A stretch of 64,000 nt of DNA, taken from contig JACPDG010000057.1 in the NCBI GenBank assembly GCA_016184125.1, forward strand, positions 11,485 through 75,484, in the 5' to 3' direction. This DNA comes from Candidatus Rokuibacteriota bacterium. Lineage in GTDB: Bacteria > Methylomirabilota > Methylomirabilia > Rokubacteriales > CSP1-6. The notes under the pieces are model-generated. The model had not been told where the DNA came from and searched no databases. It was given only the letters and a program-made list of their open reading frames with translations. The position numbers and the translations under genes were made by a program. This document shows positions 10,457 to 20,191 of this stretch, piece by piece (the first letter of the stretch is position 1; the number at the start of each line of letters is the position of its first letter).

Positions 10457-11695
10457 ATGCGGCGACCGAGAGTCCTCGCGATGATCATGGCCGGCGGCAA
10501 GGGCGAGCGCCTGCATCCGCTGACCCGCGACCGCTCGAAGCCGGCGGTGCCCTACGGCGGCCGCTGGCGGATCATCGACTTCGTCCTGTCGAACTTCGCG
10601 AACTCCGAGCTGCTGGCGCTCTACGTCCTCGTGCAGTACAAGTCGCAGTCGCTCATCGAGCACCTGCGGCTCGCCTGGCGTACGGGCGGGGTGCTGCAGG
10701 ACTACTTCGTGACCGTCGTGCCGCCACAGATGCGGTTCGGCCCGGCGTGGTACCGCGGCACGGCGGACGCCGTCTTGCAGAACCTCAACCTCGTCGACGA
10801 CTTCAACCCGGACGTCGTCGCGGTCTTCGGCGCCGACCACATCTACCGGATGGACGTGAACCAGATGGTCGCCTTCCACCACGAATCGGGCGCCGAGGTG
10901 ACGATCGCCGCGCGCCGCGTCGATGTGAAGGAGGCGACCGCCTTCGGCGTGCTCGCCGTGGACCGGCACGCGCGGGTCGCCGAGTGGGAGGAGAAGCCGG
11001 CGCAGCCGAAGCCGACGCCCGACGATCCCGCGAGCGCGCTCGTGTCGATGGGCAACTACCTGTTCAACCGCCGGACGCTCGTGGACGCACTGCTGGCCGA
11101 CGCCCGGCGCTCCACCGACCACGACTTCGGCCGCTCCATCATCCCCGAGCTCGTGCCCGCCGGCCGCGTGTTCGTGTACGACTTCCAGCGCAACGAGGTG
11201 CCGGGCACGAAGCCGTACGAGGAGCCCGGCTACTGGCGCGACGTGGGGACGCTCGAGTCGTACTGGGACGCGCACATGGATCTCCTCGGCGAGTCCCCGC
11301 GCCTCGATCTCGACAACCGCCACTGGCCGATCCGCACCGCCTCGCACCCCGGTCCCGCCGCCCGCTTCATCGGCTCGGACGTGGACAACACGCAGGTCGC
11401 CGAGGGCTCGCTGATCAAGCGCGCCACGCTGAGGAACTCGATCCTCGGCCGGAGCGTCTGGGTGAACGAGGGCGCGGTCATCGAGGACTCGATCATCATG
11501 GACCACACGACCGTCGGGAAGGGGGCGAGGCTACGGCGCGCGATCGTCGACCGGTTCAACATCGTCGCCGCGGACACCGAGATCGGGTTCCATCCGGAGA
11601 CGGACCGCCGGCGGTACCACGTCGACCCGTCGGGGCTCGTCGTCGTCCCGCGCGGAGGCCGCAGGGAGTTCCTGCTCGGCCTCGAAGAGCTGTAG
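10457..11695 (+). CDS. glgC: Glucose-1-phosphate adenylyltransferase
   Basis: MAGGKGERLHPLT, RSKPAVP, WYRGTADAV, GADHIYRMD and YWRDVGT. Confidence 0.95.
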   Translation: MRRPRVLAMIMAGGKGERLHPLTRDRSKPAVPYGGRWRIIDFVLSNFANSELLALYVLVQYKSQSLIEHLRLAWRTGGVLQDYFVTVVPPQMRFGPAWYRGTADAVLQNLNLVDDFNPDVVAVFGADHIYRMDVNQMVAFHHESGAEVTIAARRVDVKEATAFGVLAVDRHARVAEWEEKPAQPKPTPDDPASALVSMGNYLFNRRTLVDALLADARRSTDHDFGRSIIPELVPAGRVFVYDFQRNEVPGTKPYEEPGYWRDVGTLESYWDAHMDLLGESPRLDLDNRHWPIRTASHPGPAARFIGSDVDNTQVAEGSLIKRATLRNSILGRSVWVNEGAVIEDSIIMDHTTVGKGARLRRAIVDRFNIVAADTEIGFHPETDRRRYHVDPSGLVVVPRGGRREFLLGLEEL

Positions 11696-11705
11696 GCCCC
11701 GCGTC

Positions 11706-14096
11706 GTGAGTCACCCGCGCTCGATCATCGTCCACGGGCACTTCTACCAGCCGCCGCGCGAGAACCCATGGCTGGAAGAGGTCGAGGTCCAGGACTCCGC
11801 GGCGCCGGCGCACGACTGGAACGAGCGCGTCACCGCCGAGTGCTACGCGCCGAACACCGCCGCGCGACGCGTGAACGCGCACAACCGCATCCACGACATC
11901 GTGAACAACTTCGAGAAGATCTCGTTCAACGTCGGCCCGACGCTCATGAGCTGGCTCGAGCGGCACGCGGAGGACGTGTACCGCACGATCGTCGAGGCCG
12001 ACCGTGTGAGCGCCCGGGAGCGCGGGCACGGCAACGCGCTCGCGCAGGTCTACAACCACATGATCATGCCGCTCGCCACGCGGCGCGACCAGGTCACCCA
12101 GGTGCGCTGGGGGCTGGCGGACTTCCGCAGCCGCTTCTCACGCGAGGCGGAGGGCATGTGGCTGCCGGAGACCGCCGCCGACAGCGAGACGCTCGAGGTG
12201 CTCGCCGAGCACGGCGTGAAGTTCACGATCCTCGCGCCCAACCAGGCGTGGAGGATCCGGCCCCTCGACCGCGACGCGTGGGTCGAGGTCGGCGATCGGA
12301 TCGACCCGAGCCGGCCGTACCTCTGGCGCAGCCGCCGCGGACACGAGCTGACGCTCTTCTTCTACGACGGCCCCATCTCGCGCGCGATCGCGTTCGAGCA
12401 CCTGCTCGAGCGCGGCGAGACGCTCGTCGCACGGCTCAGGGACGGCTTCTCGGACGCCCGCGACTGGCCGGAGCTCGTGCACGGCGCCACCGACGGCGAA
12501 TCCTACGGTCATCACTCCAAGTTCGGCGACATGGCGCTCGCCGCCGCGGTGCAGCAGATCGAGGCGGAAGGGTTCGCGGATCTCACCAACTACGCCGCGT
12601 TCCTCGCCAAGCACCGGCCCACCTGGGCCGTCGAGATCCGCGAGCGGACGTCGTGGAGCTGCGCGCACGGGGTCGAGCGCTGGCGCGCGGACTGCGGTTG
12701 CCGGGTGAACCCGTCGACGCACCAGCGGTGGCGGGCGCCGCTGCGCGAGGCCCTCGACTGGCTGCGCGACCGGGTCGACGGGTGGTACGAGGCGCGTGCG
12801 GGAGCGCTGTTCCAGGACCCCTGGGCGGCACGCGACGAGTACATCGAGGTCATCCTCGACCGGTCTCCGGCGCGCCTGGCGGAGTTCCTCGGGCGCCATC
12901 AGCGCTCCCCGCTCGACGCGGCGGCCACGCTCGAGGCCCGCCGGCTGCTCGAGATGCAGCGCAACCGCTTGCTCATGTACACCTCCTGCGGCTGGTTCTT
13001 CGACGAGCTCAGCGCGCTCGAGCCGGTCCAGATCTTGAAGTACGCGGCCATCGCGATGCAGGACCTGCGGGACCTCGGCGGCGGTCCCCTCGAGCCGGAG
13101 CTCCTCCGGCGGCTCGAAGTCGCGCCGACGAACGTCCGCGAGTTCCGCGACGGCGCCGACGTCTGGCGCCGCCTCGTCCGCCCCGTCGCCGTCGACCTCC
13201 GCCGGGTCGTCGCGCACTATGCCATCAGCGGTCTCCTCGAGGACTACCCGGACGACATGCGGATCTACGCGTTCCGGGTGCGCCGGCTGGACGAAGTCGG
13301 CGAGTCGTACGCCGGCACGGCGCTCCGGATCGCGCACGTCCGCGTCAGCTCGGAGATCACCGGCGACACGAAGGAGCAGATGTACGCCGTGCTGCACTTC
13401 GGCGGGCACGACTTCTCGTGCGGCGTGAGGGCGTGGGAGGACCGGGTCACGTACGACGAGATGAAGGCGCAGCTCACGAGCCGGTACGCGCGCTTCTCGA
13501 TGGCCGACATGGTCCGGGCGATGGACGACTGGTTCCCGGGCCAGTCGTTCTCGCTCCCGCACCTCTTCCTCGAGGAACGGCGCCGCGTCCTCGCGAACGT
13601 CACGCGGGCGGTGCTCGACAAGCACGAGGAGGCGTACCGGCGGATCTGGGACGAGAGCCGCAAGCTCGTGCACTACCTCCGGCAGGCCGATGCGCCGATC
13701 CCCGAGGCGCTCAGGATCGTCGCGCGGCACGTCCTCGAGGAGGAGGCGCGCGCATTGCTCGCGACGGTGCCCCAGGCGCGCGCGATCCCGCACACCCTGT
13801 TCGAGCTCGTCGACGAGGCCCAGGCGCTCGGGCTCACCCTCGACCTCACCCCCGCGCGACCGGCGATGCACGAGGCCGTCCGCACCGCGCTCGCCGCCGT
13901 GGCCGAGGTGCCGCGGCCCGAACGCGCGGCCGACGCCCTCGCGCTCGTGTCCGGCGCTCAGCAGCTCGGTGTGCGGTTCGGCCTCTGGGCGGTCCAGAAC
14001 CAGTTCTTCGACATCTGGCGCGCGCGGCCCGGCGACCGACTGGTGCTGCAACCGCTCGCGCTCGCCCTCGGCTTCGAGCTGCCGCTGACGCCGTGA
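11706..14096 (+). CDS. DUF3536-domain GH57 glycoside hydrolase
   Basis: HGHFYQPPRENPW, WLPETA, TDGESYGHH and MYTSCGWFF. Confidence 0.9.
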   Translation: MSHPRSIIVHGHFYQPPRENPWLEEVEVQDSAAPAHDWNERVTAECYAPNTAARRVNAHNRIHDIVNNFEKISFNVGPTLMSWLERHAEDVYRTIVEADRVSARERGHGNALAQVYNHMIMPLATRRDQVTQVRWGLADFRSRFSREAEGMWLPETAADSETLEVLAEHGVKFTILAPNQAWRIRPLDRDAWVEVGDRIDPSRPYLWRSRRGHELTLFFYDGPISRAIAFEHLLERGETLVARLRDGFSDARDWPELVHGATDGESYGHHSKFGDMALAAAVQQIEAEGFADLTNYAAFLAKHRPTWAVEIRERTSWSCAHGVERWRADCGCRVNPSTHQRWRAPLREALDWLRDRVDGWYEARAGALFQDPWAARDEYIEVILDRSPARLAEFLGRHQRSPLDAAATLEARRLLEMQRNRLLMYTSCGWFFDELSALEPVQILKYAAIAMQDLRDLGGGPLEPELLRRLEVAPTNVREFRDGADVWRRLVRPVAVDLRRVVAHYAISGLLEDYPDDMRIYAFRVRRLDEVGESYAGTALRIAHVRVSSEITGDTKEQMYAVLHFGGHDFSCGVRAWEDRVTYDEMKAQLTSRYARFSMADMVRAMDDWFPGQSFSLPHLFLEERRRVLANVTRAVLDKHEEAYRRIWDESRKLVHYLRQADAPIPEALRIVARHVLEEEARALLATVPQARAIPHTLFELVDEAQALGLTLDLTPARPAMHEAVRTALAAVAEVPRPERAADALALVSGAQQLGVRFGLWAVQNQFFDIWRARPGDRLVLQPLALALGFELPLTP

Positions 14097-16972
14097 GCAG
14101 CCTGAACCGTCTTCGCAGCGAGCCCGACGCGCTGCGCCGGGTCCCGGTGGCGACCTACCGCTTGCAGCTCTCGCCCGATCTCGACTTCGACGCGGCCGCA
14201 TCCCTCGTCGACTACCTCGATGCCCTCGGCGTGACCGACGTCTACACGTCGCCGTTCTTCGAGACCGCGTCGGACGCCTCGCACGGCTACGACGTCAGCG
14301 ACCACGGGCGACTGCGGGACGAGCTCGGCGGCGAGGCGGCCTTCGCACGGGTTGCCGACGCGCTCAAGCGCCGCGGCCTCGGTCTGCTCGTGGACCTGGT
14401 GCCGAACCACATGGGCATCGCACGCGCGAGGAACGCGTGGTGGCGCGACGTGCTGGAGAACGGGCCGTCGTCGGCCTATGCCTCGGTGTTCGACATCGAC
14501 TGGGACCCGGTGAAGCCGGAGCTGCACGGCAAGGTGCTGCTGCCGATCCTCGGCGACCAGTACGGCGCCGTCCTCGACTCCGGCCGGCTGAGCCTCGAGC
14601 TCGATGACGGGCTGTTCTGGGTGCGCTACTACGAGACGCGGCTGCCGGTGGCGCCACCGACGTACGGCCGCGTGCTGAGCCACGGGATCGAGGAGCTCCA
14701 GAGCAGGCTCGGCGCCGAGCACCCCGCCATCGTCGAGCTCAAGAGCGTCATCACCTGGTTCGCCACGATTCCGCCGCCCCACGCCGGCGATCCGGGACGG
14801 CTGGCCGCGAGCGCCGACCACAAGGAATCGGGCCGGCAGCGCCTCGTCCGCCTGCTCGCCAAGTGGCCGGACGTCCGCGCGTTCCTCGAGGACACCGTCC
14901 GGCGCTTCAACGGCACGCCGGGCGATCCGCGGAGCTTCGACCTGCTCGACGCGCTCCTCGGCGATCAGGCGTACCGGCTGGCGTACTGGCGAGTGGCCGG
15001 CGAAGAGATCAACTACCGGCGCTTCTTCGACATCAACGACCTCGCGGCGATCCGGGTGGAGGAGCCGCGCGTGTTCGCGGAGACGCACCGCCTCGTCCTT
15101 CGCCTCGTCGGTGACGGCACGGTGACCGGCCTGCGCGTCGACCATCCCGACGGGCTCTACGCTCCGGCCGAGTACTTCCGCCGGCTGCAGGAGGGGTGCC
15201 TCGAGGCGACCGGCGGCAGCGGGGAGGCGCCACGCCCGTTCTACATCGTCGCGGAGAAGATCCTGTCGCCCGGCGAGCGGTTGCCGGACACGTGGGCGGT
15301 CGCCGGCACGACCGGCTACGACTTCCTGAACCTGGTCAACGGCATCTTCGTCGATCGCCGCCAGGCGCGGGCCCTCGAGCAGCTCTACACGCGCCTGACC
15401 CACGAGCGGGTCTCGTTCGCGGAGATCGTCTACACCGCGAAGCGCGTCATCATGGAGACGTCGATGGCGTCCGAGCTCAACATGCTCGGTCACCGGCTCA
15501 ACCGCATCTCGGAGAAACACCGGTCGTCGCGTGACTTCACGCTGCGCAGCCTCATCCGGGCGCTCCGGCAGATCATCGCGTGCTTCCCGGTCTACCGGAC
15601 GTACTTCGGCGACGAGGGCGACGAGACCCACGATCGCGCGACCCTCGAGCGGGCGGTCGAGCTCGCGAAGCGGCGCCACCCGGGCGTCGATGCCTCCGTC
15701 TACGACTGGATCCACCGGCTGCTCGCGCTGGAGCTCCCGCCGTGGGCCGGCGAGCAGGACCGTCGCGAGCGGCTCGACTTCGTGATGCGATTCCAGCAGA
15801 TCACGGGTCCCGTGACGGCGAAGGGCTACGAGGACACCGCGCTCTACCGCTATCACCGCCTCGTCTCGCTGAACGAGGTCGGCGGCGATCCGAGCCGCTT
15901 CGGCACGTCGATCGCCGAGTTCCACGCCGCGATGCGCGAGCGGCAGGCGGATGCCCCGGCCGGGCTTTCGACGACGGCGACCCACGACACCAAGCGCGGC
16001 GAGGACGTGCGGGCGCGGATCAACGTCCTCTCCGAGATCCCGGCGGAGTGGCGCCGCCGCGTCGCCCGGTGGCAGCGCCTGAACCGCCGGCACCGCACGG
16101 TGGTCGACGGGCGGCCGGTCCCCGGGCCGACCGAGGAATACCTCATCTACCAGACGCTCGCCGGCGCCTGGCCGATCACCGCGGAGCGCGTGCGGGCGTA
16201 CGTCGTGAAGGCGATGCGCGAGGCGAAGAGCTCGACGAGCTGGATCACCCAGAACGAGCGGTACGAAGAGGCGATGCTCCGGTTCACGGACACCGTGCTC
16301 GACCGGCGCCGGTCGCGCGAGTTCCTCCGCGACCTGGGCGAGTTCCAGGAGCGCGTGGCGCACTTCGGACGGCTCAACGGCCTCGCGCAGGTGCTCGTGA
16401 AGATCGCCGCGCCGGGTGTTCCCGACTTCTACCAGGGCACGGAGCTGTGGGACCTGGCGCTCGTGGACCCCGACAACCGGCGTCCCGTCGACTTCGCCCT
16501 GCGCCGGCGGCTGCTCGACGAGCTGGCGATGGAGATCGAGACGACGAGCGACCTGTCGGCGCTGGCCCGGCGGCTCGCCGAGACGGCGGCGGACGGTCGC
16601 GTGAAGCTCTACCTGATCCGCCAGGCCCTCGCGTTCCGCCGCCGCCATCGCGGGCTGTTCCTCGCGGGCGCCTACGAGGCGATCGACGCCGCCGGACCGT
16701 GGGCGGACAGCGTGTGCGCCTTCGCGCGCGTGCATGGGCTCGAGGCCGCGCTCGTCGTGGTGCCGCGCCTGCTCGCGTCACGGAGTGCCGACGGCCTGCC
16801 GCTCGGCGAGGCGTTCTGGGAGTCGACGCGCCTCGAGGTGCCGGCGACAGCGCGCGGCGTCTATCGCGATGTCTTCACGGGCCACCGCGTCGAGGTGAGC
16901 TCCGACGGCCTGGTGCCGGTCGCCCACCTCCTCGCCGGCTTTCCCGTGGCCCTGCTCGGACGCGAGCCGTGA
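14093..16972 (+). CDS. treY: Malto-oligosyltrehalose synthase
   Basis: ATYRLQ, HGYDV, VPNHM, INYRRFFDIN, THDTKRGED and LVDPDNRRPVD; the GTG start overlaps the upstream TGA. Confidence 0.95.
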   Translation: MSSLNRLRSEPDALRRVPVATYRLQLSPDLDFDAAASLVDYLDALGVTDVYTSPFFETASDASHGYDVSDHGRLRDELGGEAAFARVADALKRRGLGLLVDLVPNHMGIARARNAWWRDVLENGPSSAYASVFDIDWDPVKPELHGKVLLPILGDQYGAVLDSGRLSLELDDGLFWVRYYETRLPVAPPTYGRVLSHGIEELQSRLGAEHPAIVELKSVITWFATIPPPHAGDPGRLAASADHKESGRQRLVRLLAKWPDVRAFLEDTVRRFNGTPGDPRSFDLLDALLGDQAYRLAYWRVAGEEINYRRFFDINDLAAIRVEEPRVFAETHRLVLRLVGDGTVTGLRVDHPDGLYAPAEYFRRLQEGCLEATGGSGEAPRPFYIVAEKILSPGERLPDTWAVAGTTGYDFLNLVNGIFVDRRQARALEQLYTRLTHERVSFAEIVYTAKRVIMETSMASELNMLGHRLNRISEKHRSSRDFTLRSLIRALRQIIACFPVYRTYFGDEGDETHDRATLERAVELAKRRHPGVDASVYDWIHRLLALELPPWAGEQDRRERLDFVMRFQQITGPVTAKGYEDTALYRYHRLVSLNEVGGDPSRFGTSIAEFHAAMRERQADAPAGLSTTATHDTKRGEDVRARINVLSEIPAEWRRRVARWQRLNRRHRTVVDGRPVPGPTEEYLIYQTLAGAWPITAERVRAYVVKAMREAKSSTSWITQNERYEEAMLRFTDTVLDRRRSREFLRDLGEFQERVAHFGRLNGLAQVLVKIAAPGVPDFYQGTELWDLALVDPDNRRPVDFALRRRLLDELAMEIETTSDLSALARRLAETAADGRVKLYLIRQALAFRRRHRGLFLAGAYEAIDAAGPWADSVCAFARVHGLEAALVVVPRLLASRSADGLPLGEAFWESTRLEVPATARGVYRDVFTGHRVEVSSDGLVPVAHLLAGFPVALLGREP

Positions 16973-17628
16973 GCGTGCACACCTTCCAGTTCGTCGGGTG
17001 CGTGGAGGTGCGCCAGGCGCTCGACCGTCGCGCGCTCGACGAGCGCGAGCTCATGGACCGTCTCGAGGAGGTGCCGGCCGGGTCGATCGCCTACCACACG
17101 CATGGCTACTTCCTGCGCCACCGGCCGTTCACGACGCCGTACGGCAACGACTTCGCGGCGTGGGTCGCGGTGCACGTGCGCGACCAGGCGCTGGCCGAGC
17201 GCCTGGCCGTGATCAACCCGTTCGAGTTCACGGACGTCGAGGACCTCCGCGAGGAGCTCACCTCGACGATCCACGACCACCTCCTCCGGCTCTCGTCCGT
17301 CCCGCAGGTCGAGTTCGGCGAGCCGTTCTACTTCCAGCAGTCCCACCTGGTGGAGGTGCCGCTCGGACCGGCGTGCACCACGCTCGCAGAGTTCCGCGCG
17401 CAGCTCGGCGAGGTCGAATCGAGCGCGATCTACGTGCACATGGTCGAGGCGCGGACCCGGCTCGGGCGCCGATCCGACGACTTCGCCGAGTGGCTCCGCA
17501 CCTCGCTCGGACTCGCCGATCTCGCCGAGCGCATCGAGCGCATCGACACCTACATGACGAGCCTCGAGCGGGTGCGGGCGCGCATCCTGTCCCTCGTCGA
17601 CGCCGCGCTCGCGGAGCCGCGATCGTGA
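16969..17628 (+). CDS. DUF5752-family protein
   Basis: Twice-repeated domain (SIAYHTH...NDFAAW; AIYVHM...DDFAEW), typical of the small gene next to TreT-like glycosyltransferases. Confidence 0.75.
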   Translation: MSVHTFQFVGCVEVRQALDRRALDERELMDRLEEVPAGSIAYHTHGYFLRHRPFTTPYGNDFAAWVAVHVRDQALAERLAVINPFEFTDVEDLREELTSTIHDHLLRLSSVPQVEFGEPFYFQQSHLVEVPLGPACTTLAEFRAQLGEVESSAIYVHMVEARTRLGRRSDDFAEWLRTSLGLADLAERIERIDTYMTSLERVRARILSLVDAALAEPRS

Positions 17629-18815
17629 GGCTCGACGACTACCGGGCTGTCGCGCCACGCGGCGCGCTCGACATCATCCACCGGCTCGCCGAGCGCCTCG
17701 CCGGCAGGCGCGTGCTGCACGTGAGCGCGGGGCGGTTCGGGACCGGCTCGGCCGAGATGCTGACCACCGTGGTGCCGCTGATCGCCGACGTGGGGATCGA
17801 GGCGAGCTGGGAGATCACCGGCGGGGATCCGCCGTTCTACGCGACCGCCCGTGCGCTCGGCGCGGCGCTCGAGGGCCGTGAGCGCGTGCTCGACGACGAG
17901 GCGCTCGACCACTACGTCGAGATGAACCGGGTCAACGCGAAGAAGCTGCGCCTCGACGCTGACGTCGTCATCGTGCATGACGTGCAGCCGGCGACGCTCG
18001 TCACGGACCGTCCGGCGGAGGGCCGCTGGCTCTGGCGCTGCCACTTCGACTGCTCGCGGCCGACCCGGCGCGCGTGGTCGTTCATGCGCCGGTTTCTCGG
18101 GCAGTACGACGCCGCCGTGTTCTCGCTGCCGAAGTTCACGCGGCGACTGACGGTCCCCCACTACGTGATCCACCCCGCGATCGACCCGCTGTCGGACAAG
18201 AACCGCGACCTCGGCCCGCTCCAGATCACGCGGCAGCTCGACGCGCTCCGCGTCCCTCGCGACCGGCCGCTCCTGGTGCAGGTCGGTCCCTTCACGCGCG
18301 CCGCCGACCCGCTCGGCGTGGTCAACGCGTACCGGCTCGTGCGGCGCTACCACCACGTGCGGCTGGTCCTCGCCGGGACCGCCGGCGAGGACCAGGAGAG
18401 CGTCGAGGTCCTGGGCGAACTGCGGGAGGTGGCGCAGCACGACCCGGACGTGATCGTGCTCGAGCTGCCGCCGGAGGCGCACCTGCAGATCAACGCGCTC
18501 CAGCGGGCCGCGACGATCGTCCTCCAGAAGTCGCTGCGCGAGGGGTTCGGTCTCGGGGCGGCCGAGGCGATGTGGAAGGGCAAACCCGTCATCGGCGGCT
18601 CTGCAGGCGGGTTGACGCAGCAGATCATCTACGACGTCACCGGGTACACCGTCCACTCGGTGGACGGTGCCGCCTTCCGCATCCGCCACCTGCTCAACCA
18701 CCCGGAGCTGATCGCCCGCATGGGCGCGGCGGGCCGCGAGCACGTGCGGCGCTCGTTCCTCGCGACGCGCCACCTGACCGACTCCCTGGCGTTGCTGATC
18801 CACGTGATGCGATGA
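17625..18815 (+). CDS. treT: GT4 glycosyltransferase, TreT (trehalose synthase)-like
   Basis: WRCHFD, AIDPLSDKN and QKSLREGFGL..EAMWKGKPVIG. Confidence 0.75.
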   Translation: MRLDDYRAVAPRGALDIIHRLAERLAGRRVLHVSAGRFGTGSAEMLTTVVPLIADVGIEASWEITGGDPPFYATARALGAALEGRERVLDDEALDHYVEMNRVNAKKLRLDADVVIVHDVQPATLVTDRPAEGRWLWRCHFDCSRPTRRAWSFMRRFLGQYDAAVFSLPKFTRRLTVPHYVIHPAIDPLSDKNRDLGPLQITRQLDALRVPRDRPLLVQVGPFTRAADPLGVVNAYRLVRRYHHVRLVLAGTAGEDQESVEVLGELREVAQHDPDVIVLELPPEAHLQINALQRAATIVLQKSLREGFGLGAAEAMWKGKPVIGGSAGGLTQQIIYDVTGYTVHSVDGAAFRIRHLLNHPELIARMGAAGREHVRRSFLATRHLTDSLALLIHVMR

Positions 18816-20191
18816 GCGAGCCGAGCGGTGACCGGGCCGAGGGGCCGGCCGCGCCCGAGGGGCGCGCGGCCGCGCCCGAGGGGCGCGCGGCCGCGCCCGA
18901 GGGGCGCGCGGCCGCGCCCGAGGGGCGCGCGGCCGCGCCCGAGGGCGTCGACGACCTCGGGCCGGGAGTCGGGGAGGCGCTGGAGCGCCTGCGGCCACGG
19001 GACCTCGCCGTGGGCATGCTCACGTACAACAACGCGGAGACGGCCGCGGCCGTCGCGCAGAGCGCGGTCCGGGGCATCGAGCAGTATCTTCCCGGCACGT
19101 CGGCGGTGATCCTCAGCGTCGACACCGGGTCCGTGGACGGGACGCCGGACACCCTCGTCGGGCCGTCGGCGGTGCCCGTCGTGTCGATGGTCCACCAGGC
19201 GCGGCTGGCCGAGCGTCTGACCGTCCCGTTCCACGGGGTACCGGGACGCAGCGAAGCGCTGCGCCGAACGCTCGCCGCGTCGCACCGGCTCGGCGCGCGG
19301 GCCCTGGTCCTGCTGGAGGCGGATCTCGCGTCGCCGCCACCCGAGTGGGTGGCGCGCCTGGCGCTGCCGGTGCTCGAAGACAAGGCCGGCTTCGTCGCGC
19401 CGGTCTACGCGCGGCACCGCTACGAGGGGACGATCACGAATCTCCTGCTGGCGCCGCTGATCCGCGCGCTCTACGGGCGCCGTGTCCGGCAGCCGTTCGG
19501 CGGCGAGCAGGCGCTGTCCGGGCGGCTCGTGGACCACCTGCTGATCCACCCGCAGTGGGACTGGCGGAGCGACGATCTGAGCGATGTCTGGGTGCTCGGC
19601 ACGGCCATCGCCGACGGCTTCAGCGTGTGGGAGACCTGGCTCGGCCGCCGGACGATCCGCTCGCGCGCCCGCACCACGGACCTGCCCTCGATGCTCGCGC
19701 AGACGCTCGGCGCCGTCTTCGCCGTCATGCACCGCCACCAGGACCTGTGGCTCGACGTCCGCGGCAGCGAGCCGCTGCCAGAAGTCGGCGAGCGCGTGCT
19801 GCCCGCGGTCGACCCCATCGAGGTCGACGTGCCCCGCATGATCGAGGGCTTTCGCCTGGGTCTCAGGGACCTCGTGCCGATCTGGGAGCACATCCTGGCG
19901 CCGGAGACGCTGGGCGACGTGCTGTCGCTCGAGACGGTCGACCCGGCGGAGTTCCGGTTCCCCGACGACGTGTGGGCGCGCGTCGCCTACGACTTCGCCC
20001 TCGGCTATCACTACGACGTCGTGTACCGCGACCACCTGCTCCGCTCGCTGGCGCCGCTCTACCTGGGCCGCACGGCAGCGTTCGTCCGGCAGACGCAGGG
20101 TCGCAGCGCAGAGGCCACGGAGGCGATGCTGGACGCCGTGGGCGCCGCGTTCGAGCGCCAGAAACCGTACCTGACGGACCGGTGGAGATGA
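18812..20191 (+). CDS. GT2 glucosylglycerate-synthase-like glycosyltransferase
   Basis: TYNNAET, FHGVPG, PVYARHRYEGTITN, RQPFGGE and LAPLYLGR. Confidence 0.7.
   Translation: MSEPSGDRAEGPAAPEGRAAAPEGRAAAPEGRAAAPEGRAAAPEGVDDLGPGVGEALERLRPRDLAVGMLTYNNAETAAAVAQSAVRGIEQYLPGTSAVILSVDTGSVDGTPDTLVGPSAVPVVSMVHQARLAERLTVPFHGVPGRSEALRRTLAASHRLGARALVLLEADLASPPPEWVARLALPVLEDKAGFVAPVYARHRYEGTITNLLLAPLIRALYGRRVRQPFGGEQALSGRLVDHLLIHPQWDWRSDDLSDVWVLGTAIADGFSVWETWLGRRTIRSRARTTDLPSMLAQTLGAVFAVMHRHQDLWLDVRGSEPLPEVGERVLPAVDPIEVDVPRMIEGFRLGLRDLVPIWEHILAPETLGDVLSLETVDPAEFRFPDDVWARVAYDFALGYHYDVVYRDHLLRSLAPLYLGRTAAFVRQTQGRSAEATEAMLDAVGAAFERQKPYLTDRWR
18848..18945 (+). repeat. 21-bp coding tandem repeat (~4.7 copies, AAPEGRA)
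   Basis: Unit GCCGCGCCCGAGGGGCGCGCG repeated. Confidence 0.95.

Noticed and set aside
11768-14092. 1734-aa giant ORF (N-terminal extension of treY)
   Set aside because: It is a stop-free shadow frame over DUF3536 in GC-rich DNA; TreY similarity starts at 14093.
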